Assembly (NCBI GenBank): GCA_963796455.1
Contig: CAWCLO010000008.1
Location: 32,001-96,000, forward strand
Length of the DNA: 64,000 bases
Reading direction: 5' to 3'
Source of the DNA: Candidatus Sulfomarinibacteraceae bacterium
GTDB taxonomy: Bacteria; Acidobacteriota; Thermoanaerobaculia; Thermoanaerobaculales; Sulfomarinibacteraceae
Positions within the stretch are counted from its first letter, which is position 1; each line of letters starts with the position of its first letter. Both the position numbers and the translations under genes were made by a program. The notes under the pieces were generated by a model, which saw nothing but the letters and a program-made list of their open reading frames with translations, searched no databases and was not told the DNA's origin. This document shows positions 1-10,176 of this stretch, in pieces.

Positions 1-1
1 C

Positions 2-418
2 GGGGAACGTGAGCTTGCCCGGATCCTCCTCGAGTGCACCCCGGCCTGGCGGCAGAAGATCCTCGACCTCGTCCAGCTTGACTACATCGTCGATCCGCGT
101 GTGCGGCGGCTCATGCAGGACGCCTCTGCGCTTTCGGATGGCGGCGAAGGGAGTGTCTTCGTCAGCAATCTGCTCGACAACTGCACAGACCCCGAGCTTG
201 CGTCAATGGTTGCGGAGCTCAGCAACTCGCCGATGCCAGAGGTGACTGATGAATCGATACGGATTCAGCTGAAAACCTCTCTCGATCGCCAGGCGCGGGA
301 AGGTGCGAGGCGTCTCGAGCCCCTTATCTCCGAGGCCGAAAAGCGGGGGGATCAGGAAGAAGTTGACCGATTATTGGCGGAAAAGACACGGCTGCGGCTG
401 GATTCGGCAAAATTTTGA
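2..418 (+). CDS. dnaG: DNA primase, C-terminal part (5'-partial)
   Basis: Open frame from window edge (GERELARILLEC...LDSAKF); helical C-terminal segment directly upstream of rpoD, the conserved dnaG-rpoD order. Call rests mainly on synteny. Confidence 0.7.
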   Translation, partial: GERELARILLECTPAWRQKILDLVQLDYIVDPRVRRLMQDASALSDGGEGSVFVSNLLDNCTDPELASMVAELSNSPMPEVTDESIRIQLKTSLDRQAREGARRLEPLISEAEKRGDQEEVDRLLAEKTRLRLDSAKF

Positions 419-690
419 TATTTTTTGTCCGGTAGGGGTTGCCAAAATCGATTGAGCGACCCATATTCCTCTGGATGGCAATGTGGCCTGTCAGAAAGGC
501 CGTTGCAGTGGCATTGAGCCCACACCGACATTATCTCGATGGAATACACCTTTGATGATTGACCCGTTGCGGGAATGGAAAGCCTGCGCAATGTGCTTTC
601 CTCAAGGTGGTGCGCACGACAGGCGAGAGTGTTGACTATCGACTCTGGGTTTTCGGTGGACGTTCTTCAGTGCGGCATAGGAGGCGGCTA

Positions 691-2406
<1,716 letters not shown>

Positions 2407-2506
2407 TTCAACCAGAAGGCTGTGCCAGGCCGCCTAGCGGCCTGGCTATGAGGCTTGAGGCCTGAGACCTGGGGCTTGCACGTTCAGAAGCGAGATCGAT
2501 CCTTTG

Positions 2507-2569
2507 AAGCCCCAAGCCCCAAGCCCCAAGCCCCAAGCCCCAAGCCCCAAGCCCCATGGCCCAAGCCCC
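2507..2569. repeat. Heptamer tandem repeat (AAGCCCC): 7 perfect, 1 degenerate, 1 perfect unit
   Basis: Read directly; degenerate reverse-complement units (GAGGCTT/GGGGCTT) at about 2450-2477. Confidence 0.95.
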
Positions 2570-2848
2570 GATCGTTGCTCTCAAAAACAAATCGTCATTC
2601 GAAGTTGCCCCGCGTCCGCGTCCGTGCCCGTATTGCAGCGTCAGCGACAGTGATCGGCGACAGGAAACAGCGACAGTGTCCAGCGTCAGAGATCAGGCCC
2701 AGTGATCAGGTGCCGTGACGACGTGGCCACCTCCGGGTCGCTCAACGGATCGGAGTAGCCGGTGGGCGGCCGCTGATCGCTGCTGCAGACAGCTGTTCCC
2801 CGTCGCTGTCCCTGAACCCTGCCGAGACTCTGTTTTTGGACAAAAGTT
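2570..2848 (+). mobile_element. MITE-like dispersed repeat, copy 1 (lacks internal REP module)
   Basis: Starts GATCGTTGCTCTCAAAAACAAATCG, ends TGTTTTTGGACAAAAGT; shares ATTGCAGCG, GTGGCCACCTCCGGGTCG and CTGTCCCTGAAC..CCGAGACTC blocks with other copies. Confidence 0.7.
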
Positions 2849-2882
2849 GCCCCAAGCCCCACGCCTCTTTTTGTCCTCCTTC

Positions 2883-2911
2883 TTGCTGTACGGACCCCGT
2901 CGCGCTACCAT
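2883..2911 (+). promoter_or_regulatory. Candidate sigma70 promoter of the tRNA(CAT)
   Basis: TTGCTG-17 bp-TACCAT, ending 6 nt before the tRNA 5' end. Confidence 0.45.
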
Positions 2912-2917
2912 ACGCCG

Positions 2918-2990
2918 GGGCCCATAGCTCAGCGGTCAGAGCCGCCGGCTCATAACCGGTCGGTCCCAGGTTCGAATCCTGGTGGGCCCA
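2918..2990 (+). tRNA. tRNA with CAT anticodon, most likely tRNA-Ile2 (lysidine); CCA not encoded
   Basis: Acceptor GGGCCCA/TGGGCCC, anticodon loop CTCATAA (2949-2955), T-loop TTCGAAT; lacks initiator features; position after rpoD matches ileX synteny. Confidence 0.9.
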
Positions 2991-3031
2991 TGGCTTGCGG
3001 TCCGCCGCGCAGGATGTTCTGAAGGAGTGAC

Positions 3032-3781
3032 ATGAGCAGCGTACAAAATGACCTCACCTCGCTGATTCGTCTCCAGAAAATCTATGATTCGATTTCGGAG
3101 GCGATCGCCGAACGCAACGCACCTCCTGAGGAGATTCGAGAGCTGCAAGAGGCCAACCGCTTGCGGCAAGAAGAGCTCGAAGAACTCGAAACGCAGATGG
3201 CGTCGCACGAAGAAGAGATCAAAGAGGTTCGTCGAAAAGAAGCCGAGTGGGAGCTCGAACTGGAACACTTCCAGAAACAAAAGAGCATCGTCACAAACGA
3301 ACGGGAGTTCACTGCTGTGATCTCAGAGATCGACTATGCGACCAAGGCGATCGAGGAAAGCGCCAGTCGCCGAGAAGAACTCGAAGCATCGATTGCTCAG
3401 ATCAGCGAAGAACTCGAAACTCGACGTAATTCCCGGCCCGAAGAGGAGACGGCTCACCGCGAGGTCATCGACAATTGGGAAACGAGGAAGACAGAACTTC
3501 TGCAACAGGTCCACGCTCTTTCGACGCAGGCCAAGGAGCTTGAAGAAGAGATCCAGCCGAAGGCCAGAGCGCGTTTTCTCAGGCTGCTGAAAAGCAAATC
3601 AGGGACGGCCATGTCGGAAGTGGTCGATGGTTCCTGTTCATTGTGCCACTTCGCGCTGAGACCTCACCTGCAGCAGCGGGTCCGCCGTTGTGAGGAGATC
3701 ATCGACTGCGAGCATTGCCACCGGATCTTGTATGCGAGCCTGAGCCTCATCCCGGACGAAGTCGACACTGTCGACGGTTGA
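3032..3781 (+). CDS. Coiled-coil protein with C-terminal C4-type zinc ribbon (DUF164/CT398-like)
   Basis: Long coiled coil then CSLCH...CEHCHRILY; AAGGAG RBS. Confidence 0.85.
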   Translation: MSSVQNDLTSLIRLQKIYDSISEAIAERNAPPEEIRELQEANRLRQEELEELETQMASHEEEIKEVRRKEAEWELELEHFQKQKSIVTNEREFTAVISEIDYATKAIEESASRREELEASIAQISEELETRRNSRPEEETAHREVIDNWETRKTELLQQVHALSTQAKELEEEIQPKARARFLRLLKSKSGTAMSEVVDGSCSLCHFALRPHLQQRVRRCEEIIDCEHCHRILYASLSLIPDEVDTVDG

Positions 3782-3784
3782 ACC

Positions 3785-4477
3785 GTGAGCAGCGGAATTG
3801 GCGAGCGCCTGGCAACGGTGAAGGAGCGGATTGCCGCGGCCGCGAGGGTCGCGGACCGTGATCCCGAATCCGTCACCCTGATTTCGGTTGGCAAGAAATT
3901 TCCGGCCGATGTCATCCGCTCGGCCGTGGCGGCAGGCGCGACCGATTTCGGTGAGAACCGCGTCCAGGAAGCCGTGGCCAAGAGACCCGAGGTCGAGAGC
4001 GGGCGATGGCACCTCATTGGTCCGCTGCAGCGGAACAAGGCTCGAGCGGCGCTCGAGGTCTTCGACATCATCCACACCATCGACCGTTCGGACATTGCCG
4101 ATCGCCTCCAGTTTCTGCTCGAACGAGACTGGCCGGATCGCCGGCTGGATGTCCTACTCGAGATCAACGTCGGTGCGGAATCACAAAAAGCAGGGGCGAC
4201 ACCTGGTGAGGCGGCCGCGCTCCTCGAGCACGTGCGTGGGTGTGACCGGTTGTGCGTCAAGGGCTTGATGGCGATCCCGCCGTGGGGGACGGAAGCTGAG
4301 GCCTCGCGGCCGTATTTCCGTGCCCTACGAGAGCTCCGGGACGACCTCGAACAGAAGAGCGGATCATTGCTTCCCGCGCTTTCCATGGGGATGAGCCAGG
4401 ATTTCGAGATCGCCATCTCCGAAGGCGCGACCATGGTGCGGGTCGGTACGGCGATCTTCGGGCCACGGGGGCGGTAG
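3785..4477 (+). CDS. yggS: PLP homeostasis protein YggS/PROSC
   Basis: FGENRVQE, WHLIGPLQRNK, LSMGMSQDF, GATMVRVGTAIFG. Confidence 0.95.
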   Translation: MSSGIGERLATVKERIAAAARVADRDPESVTLISVGKKFPADVIRSAVAAGATDFGENRVQEAVAKRPEVESGRWHLIGPLQRNKARAALEVFDIIHTIDRSDIADRLQFLLERDWPDRRLDVLLEINVGAESQKAGATPGEAAALLEHVRGCDRLCVKGLMAIPPWGTEAEASRPYFRALRELRDDLEQKSGSLLPALSMGMSQDFEIAISEGATMVRVGTAIFGPRGR

Positions 4478-4523
4478 GCGTCGAGCCGTTCGTTTCGAGC
4501 CAGATACTGGATACTAGATGCTG

Positions 4524-4959
4524 GATCACTGCTGTCCAAAACAAATCGGCATGTGAGGTTGCGCACCAGGAAACACGAGATTTGCGGGTCGGTTTTTGGA
4601 AATTTCCGTTCGCGGTTGCCCTTGTCCGCGTCCGTGTCCTTGCCCGAATTGCAGCGGCAGCGACAGTGTCCAGGGGCAGCGACAGGGATCAGCGATCAGA
4701 GGCAGAAATCAGGTGCAGCGACGGCGTGGTCACCGCCGGGTCGTTCAATAAAAGGAACAGCCGTTGTGGTGTCGGCGTCTCGCTTGCCCACCGTGCGGCC
4801 GAGACGGCCGCACCACCAAGGGCGGAGTCCCGAAGAAACGAGTGCTGTTCACTGTCCCGGCCGCTGATCGCTGACGCTGATGACTGAACACTGCCGCTGG
4901 CGACTGTTTGCTGCCGCTGCCCCTGAACGCTATCCGAGACTCTGTCTTGGACAAGAGTA
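4524..4959 (+). mobile_element. MITE-like dispersed repeat, copy 2 (full length, REP doublet at 4766-4816)
   Basis: Terminal inverted repeats ACTGCTGTCCAAAACA (4528) and TGTCTTGGACAAGAGT (4943-4958), 13/16 match; ATGCTGGAT direct repeat at 4518 and 4960. Confidence 0.75.
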
Positions 4960-5077
4960 ATGCTGGATACTGGATACTCGATTCAGCCTGTCTCTTGAAA
5001 AGTCCCCTCAAACGCAAATCACCATCAGTTCCGGTGTAGCCCTTGACAATGCTTTGGGGTGAATCGACGATCTTGCC

Positions 5078-5196
5078 GCATCTAGCATCTAGCATCTAGC
5101 ATCTAGCATCTAGCATCTAGCATCTAGCATCTAGCATCTAGCATCTAGCATCTAGCATCTAGCATCTAGCATCTAGCATCTAGCATCTAGCATCCA
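5078..5196. repeat. Heptamer microsatellite (GCATCTA)16 plus one degenerate unit
   Basis: Read directly; degenerate reverse-complement units at 4502-4525 and 4960-4980. Confidence 0.98.
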
Positions 5197-5303
5197 GTCT
5201 GCCGTTCGGTAAAACTTCCCCGAAATCTCAAAACCCGTGACATTTCCCTTGCTGATATGAATACTTTGTGAAAAAATTCTCATCCACTGGGCTGGGGGAA
5301 TCA

Positions 5304-6536
5304 ATGGACCGGAATGACGCTACAAATCTGGAGATCGAACGCGAGGTCAAGAGGCTGGCCGCCGACGCCAAACCTCGGTGTGTCGAGTTCCTCCACGACC
5401 TCGTCACGCTCCCTTCCCCGAGTCGCGGAGAACGTCTCGCATGTGAACGGGTCGTGCGCGAGATGGAGACCCTCGGGTATCGCGATGTCCATCTTGATGA
5501 GATGGGCAATGTCCTAGGGAGAATCGGATCGGGCCCCCGGGTCCTCGCCTTTGATGCTCATATCGATACGGTCGGCATTTCGAACCCGACCCGATGGCGC
5601 TACGATCCGTTTCGGGGGATCGTCACCGGTGGCACCCTTTACGGTCGCGGCGCCTCGGATCAGAAGGGCGGGCTGGCGGCAATCGTTCATGGTGCGGCGG
5701 TGGCTGATCAGGTTGGCCTGGCCAACGACGTGACGGTATGGGTCACGGCCACCGTCAATGGTGAAGACTGTGTCGGGCTTGCCTGGCAGTACATCCTCAA
5801 TGAAACAGAAATCCGTCCGGAAACCGTTGTGGTGGCGATGCCATCCCATCTGGGTGTTTGTTATGGCCAACGCGGACGCATGGAGGTTGAGATCGTGACC
5901 CCGGGTGTTTCCACCCACGGTTCGCAGCCGGATCGCGGGAAAAACGCGATCTCCGCCATGATGCCGGTCCTCGAAGGCCTGAATCGTTTGCATCGCGAAA
6001 TGAAAATCGAACACGAAATGTTGGGAAAAGGCTCATTGGCGGTGACCGGCATTTCGTCCCGGTCTCCGTCCTTGACCGCCATCCCGGACGAGTGCACGAT
6101 CCATATCGACCGCCGGTTGACCATCGGTGAAAAACCCGAAGATGCGATAGATCAGATCCAGGCCGTCGTCGACACTGCGGCGCCGGATGCCGAGGTCCGA
6201 ACACTCCATTATGATCTCGCCTCATGGCGGGGCTTCACCTACCCGACCGACAAGGTCTTCCCGGCCTGGGAGACTTCGGCCGAGAGTGCGGCCGTGCGAT
6301 CGGCGCTCACGACCGCAGAGCAGGTCCTCGGACGGTCGCCGCGAATTCATCGATCGGCTTTTTCCTCCCATGGTTGCGCCATCGCCGGCATCTTCGGGAT
6401 TCCGACGATCGGTTTCGGGCCGGCGGACGAGCTCCACTCCCACACCGTCAACGACCAGATTCCTCTCGCCCAACTCGAGCCCTCGATCGCCTTCTTTGCG
6501 ATGTATCCCGAGGCGTTTTTGCGCTCGAGCAGCTGA
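5304..6536 (+). CDS. M20 family metallohydrolase, YgeY-like (catalytic residues altered)
   Basis: FDAHIDTV, GRGASDQKGG, GQRGRME, C-terminal HSHTVND; ATG at 5304 preceded by GGGGGAA. Confidence 0.85.
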   Translation: MDRNDATNLEIEREVKRLAADAKPRCVEFLHDLVTLPSPSRGERLACERVVREMETLGYRDVHLDEMGNVLGRIGSGPRVLAFDAHIDTVGISNPTRWRYDPFRGIVTGGTLYGRGASDQKGGLAAIVHGAAVADQVGLANDVTVWVTATVNGEDCVGLAWQYILNETEIRPETVVVAMPSHLGVCYGQRGRMEVEIVTPGVSTHGSQPDRGKNAISAMMPVLEGLNRLHREMKIEHEMLGKGSLAVTGISSRSPSLTAIPDECTIHIDRRLTIGEKPEDAIDQIQAVVDTAAPDAEVRTLHYDLASWRGFTYPTDKVFPAWETSAESAAVRSALTTAEQVLGRSPRIHRSAFSSHGCAIAGIFGIPTIGFGPADELHSHTVNDQIPLAQLEPSIAFFAMYPEAFLRSSS

Positions 6537-6699
6537 GGGGCTTCCAGTAGGCTCCGAGCTACCGGTTCACCGCTGCCCAGCGCCGATCTTCCTCTCCGAT
6601 CCCGATCCCGATCCCGTTCCCGACGAGATACTGGATACTCGATGCTCGATTCACACACCGATCGGAATCAGAGTTCCTGGGGTAGGCAACGGATCGAGT

Positions 6700-6815
6700 G
6701 TCGCTGTTGTCCAAGATACGGGCGACAGGGACAACGACAGGAACAGCGACAGCGGCAGGGAACAGCGACCGGGAACAGGGATCCGTGTTCAGCGGCAGCG
6801 ATCAGGAATCCAGGC
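6700..6815 (+). mobile_element. MITE-like repeat, truncated copy
   Basis: TCGCTGTTGTCCAAGA end motif followed by the ACAGCG/ACAGGG hexamer tract and TTCAGCGGCAGCGATCAGG block. Confidence 0.55.
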
Positions 6816-6898
6816 CGCGAAGCGATAAAGGCATTCGATGCCTTGAGGTATTCCCTGGGTGAACGACCAAGTTCGAGCGCCTCCGGTTACCATGATCC

Positions 6899-7795
6899 AT
6901 GCCCGAACTCCCAGATCTCACGATCTATCTCGAGAGCTTACGCCGACTGGCCGTTGGTCGTGCTCTGGAGGAGCTCCGGGTGCTCAACCCGTTCGTCTTG
7001 AGGACCGTGAGTCCGGCTGCCGAGGATTTCAGGGGGCGGAAGCTTCACACCGTTTCCCGCCTTGGTAAGCGGATCGTGCTGGAATTCGATGGCGAGTTTT
7101 TTGTCGTCATCCATTTGATGATCGCCGGCAGGCTTCGTTGGCTCGAACGAAAGGCCACTGTGGCGAAGAGAGGCCCTTTGGCGGTTTTCGTTCTCACCGA
7201 CGGTCAACTCGTCCTGACTGAGGCGGGGTCCAAGAGACGGGCTTCGATCCACCTCGTGAGCGGGCGGGAAGCAGTTGACGAACATGATCCCGGTGGTCTC
7301 GAGGTGCTCGATGCCGACCTCCCAACCTTCCGGGCTGTGGTGGCCCGCGAGCGCCACACCCTGAAAAGAACGCTCACCGATCCGCGGATCCTGAGCGGCA
7401 TCGGCAACGCCTACTCCGATGAAATCCTGCATCGGGCGCGGCTGTCGCCCTTCAAGCTCAGCGACTCGTTGAGCGATGATGAATCGGAGCGTTTGTATCG
7501 CTCGACCATTGCGGTGCTTGGTGAATGGACCGAGCGGCTTCGGTCGGAGATCGGTGATGGTTTTCTTGACAAGGTCACCGCGTTTCGTCCGGAAATGGCG
7601 GTACATGGCCGTTTCAACCAACCATGCCCGGATTGCGGCGCCTCGGTGCAGCGGATCCGCTATGCGGCCAACGAGGCAAACTACTGCGCCGGGTGCCAGA
7701 CCGGTGGCCGGATCTTTGCCGATCGCTCGCTCTCCCGCCTCCTGAAGGCCGACTGGCCGAAGACCCTCGATGATCTGGAGAAGAAACCGCACTGA
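6899..7795 (+). CDS. Fpg/Nei family DNA glycosylase/AP lyase
   Basis: N-terminal MPELPD, H2TH motif GIGNAYSDEILHRA, zinc finger CPDC...CAGCQ. Confidence 0.92.
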   Translation: MPELPDLTIYLESLRRLAVGRALEELRVLNPFVLRTVSPAAEDFRGRKLHTVSRLGKRIVLEFDGEFFVVIHLMIAGRLRWLERKATVAKRGPLAVFVLTDGQLVLTEAGSKRRASIHLVSGREAVDEHDPGGLEVLDADLPTFRAVVARERHTLKRTLTDPRILSGIGNAYSDEILHRARLSPFKLSDSLSDDESERLYRSTIAVLGEWTERLRSEIGDGFLDKVTAFRPEMAVHGRFNQPCPDCGASVQRIRYAANEANYCAGCQTGGRIFADRSLSRLLKADWPKTLDDLEKKPH

Positions 7796-7879
7796 AAACC
7801 ACGAGGTATCGAGGCGCGGAAAGAAAGCCCGCAGATCAAGCAGGGAGACGCTGATCCCTCGCGCTCGCTGTCGTCGCAA

Positions 7880-8745
7880 ACACGAAGACACGAAGGCACG
7901 AAGGAGTCACACCAAGAAAACCACAGAGGCCCAGAGACACAGAGAGAACGCCCGCAGATCACGCAGATAGACGCAGATCCATGGCAAACGGTCTCGTTGC
8001 AGAAACGATTGCCCACAGATCACCCCGATGGACCCAGATACAGCCAAGAACGTCGCAACCACAGAGGCCCAGAGACACAGAGAGATCACAGAGGAGAAGT
8101 GCAGCCGAGACGGCTGCACCACCATGGTGGTGCACGCGTCTCGCGTGCACATTGATGAACCACGAAGAACGCAAAGAACGCAAAGGCTCGGTTGGCGAGC
8201 TTGTGAGGTGTTGCCATCAGTGTCGGCAGATCGACAGACGATTTCCAATCGCCTGTCACCGGTGAGAAGCGGGGTGACCCCGATCGCCAGCGCTCGGAGT
8301 CACCCCGCTCCCCACCGACCGGCACGCCTACGGCATGCCGGATCTGCCTTGCATCGGAGACCCCCTTCCTTGATTGAAGGATGGGAGAGGACGGAGGCGA
8401 GGCCTGCGCGGTCGCGCAGGCAGCTGAGTCAGGAAACCGCGACGAAAGCTGGTTTTCGGGGCGGTTTCCTGACCCAGCTGTACCCGGCCGCCGGATGGCG
8501 GCCGGGTCCTCGCCGGGCGGAGGAGCCCTCCGGGAAGTCCTCTGCGTCTCCGCGACTCTGCGCCTCTGCGTTCAATACACTTTTGGCAATATCGTTCCAG
8601 CAGTTCGGCTGCCATTGCGCCTTCGCGTCTTTCCGCCTTTGCGTTGATCAACCCCGACGCTGACGCCGTTCGACTGCGGAGATGGCTGATGCCCTCGCAA
8701 TCAAGCTGGCATCTGCGTCAATCTGCGTGATCTGCGGGCATATTG
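7880..8745. repeat. Composite intergenic repeat region: 8/9-mer arrays, REP doublet at 8099-8150, complementary arrays at 8540-8737
   Basis: CACGAAGx, CACAGAGx, CGCAGATxx and CGCAAAGAA units read directly; GTGCAGCCGAGACGGCTGCACCAC..GGTGGTGCACGCGTCTCGCGTGCAC palindromes; ATCTGCGT and CTCTGCG units on the far side. Confidence 0.8.
8233..8514 (-). ncRNA. Candidate highly structured RNA/DNA element (at least 6 hairpins plus a closing helix)
   Basis: Inverted repeats at 8233-8257, 8260-8317, 8319-8341, 8402-8421, 8421-8480, 8482-8507; GGCGAGG/CCTCGCC closing helix; stem mismatches are mostly G-U on the minus strand. Confidence 0.35.
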
Positions 8746-8812
8746 CGCTGCTTTTTGGTGCCGTGGTGGTTGCGACGGGCGGGATGGTTCGAAGTTTCGG
8801 CGTCGCCGTGCT

Positions 8813-10168
8813 TCAACCGGCCGGTTCGAGCAACCGGGGCAGATCGGAGACGGTGGAGATCGCCACCGACGGGAGGCCGAGCTTGGCGTGGCTGTCGCGC
8901 TCGGGCACCCCGACCCGCTCGAATCCAAGGGCCGCGGCCTCGCGGACCCGGTCGGCCGCGCGGCTCACCGCCCGAACTTCGCCGAGCAGTCCGATTTCAC
9001 CAAAGACCGCCAACCCGCGCGCCAGGGGACGGTCGGCGGCGGAGGACAGGAGCGCGGCCGCTACCGCCAGATCGAGGGCCGGTTCGCGCAGCGAGAGACC
9101 GCCGACGAGATTGACAAAAACATCGCGATCACCAAAGGCAATGCCGGCATGGCGTTCAAGAACGGCCAGGAGCAGCGAAAGGCGGGAGGAATCGAGGCCC
9201 TGGGCGACCCTTCTCGGGGTCCCGAGAGCCGATGGTGCAACCAGCGCCTGGACCTCGACCAGGAGCGGAACCGTCCCCTCGAGGGCCACGGCGACCGCCG
9301 AACCCGGCGCACCGCTGCGGCGGTCCTCGAGCAGCCACGCCGAGGCGTTCTGGACTGCTTCGAGTCCCTTGCCGGTCATCGAATAGAGGGCGAGGTCGGA
9401 AATCGCTCCAAAACGATTCTTTCCCGCCCGAAGCGCGCGCAGGTCATGGCCCGGTTCGCCCTCGAGGGACATCACCACGTCCACCAGGTGTTCGAGCAGT
9501 TTGGGCCCGGCAATCGATCCGTCTTTGGTCACGTGTCCGACCAGAATGACCGGAACGCCCCGTGTCTTGGCCAGGTGCTGGAAACGGGCAGCCACCTGGC
9601 GAACCTGACTCACCGATCCGGCAACGGCCTCGACGCTGTCGAGGACCGCGGTCTGCACCGAGTCGACGATCACCAGGCTCGGCTCGAGGTTGTCCAACTG
9701 GCCGATCACGGTTTCACAGGATGTCTCGGGCAACAGGAGGAGTTGCTCGTGGAGACCGTCGATCCTGGTTGCTCGCAACGCGACCTGTTCCGCAGATTCT
9801 TCTCCCGTGACATAGACGACCAGATTCTTTTCGCGGGCAAGGGCTGCCGCGACCTGCAGCAGCAGGGTCGATTTGCCGATTCCGGGTTCACCCGCAAGCA
9901 GCACCAGGGATCCCGGAACGAGACCGCCGCCGAGGACCCGGTCGAGGCCCTCGAGCCCGGTCGTGATGCGATCGGTCCGGGAGGTCGCGGCCTCGGTCAC
10001 AGGGACCATTTTGGCTCCGCGGGGCGGACTGGCGGCATGTTTTTTCTTTTTCTTCGGGACCGCCCGGTGTTCGGTGTAACTATTCCAATCCCCACAACCC
10101 GGACACTGGCCGAGCCACTTGCCGCTTTCGTGGCCGCACGAGGAACAGAAGAAGATCGTCTCGGCCAC
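8813..10168 (-). CDS. radA: DNA repair protein RadA/Sms
   Basis: N-terminal CSSC..KWLGQCPGC, Walker A GEPGIGKST, KNRFG motif, Lon-like C-terminus. Confidence 0.97.
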   Translation of the reverse strand: MAETIFFCSSCGHESGKWLGQCPGCGDWNSYTEHRAVPKKKKKHAASPPRGAKMVPVTEAATSRTDRITTGLEGLDRVLGGGLVPGSLVLLAGEPGIGKSTLLLQVAAALAREKNLVVYVTGEESAEQVALRATRIDGLHEQLLLLPETSCETVIGQLDNLEPSLVIVDSVQTAVLDSVEAVAGSVSQVRQVAARFQHLAKTRGVPVILVGHVTKDGSIAGPKLLEHLVDVVMSLEGEPGHDLRALRAGKNRFGAISDLALYSMTGKGLEAVQNASAWLLEDRRSGAPGSAVAVALEGTVPLLVEVQALVAPSALGTPRRVAQGLDSSRLSLLLAVLERHAGIAFGDRDVFVNLVGGLSLREPALDLAVAAALLSSAADRPLARGLAVFGEIGLLGEVRAVSRAADRVREAAALGFERVGVPERDSHAKLGLPSVAISTVSDLPRLLEPAG

Positions 10169-10176
10169 GGTGGAAC

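Noticed and set aside
611..640. CIRCE-like operator upstream of rpoD (GCAC...GAGTGTTGA)
   Set aside because: The left arm is poor and the spacing is not 9 bp.
8230..8545. RNase P, SRP or tmRNA identity for the hairpin cluster
   Set aside because: Hallmarks (GAGGAAAGTCC, SRP domain IV loop, tRNA-like ends and tag ORF) are absent.
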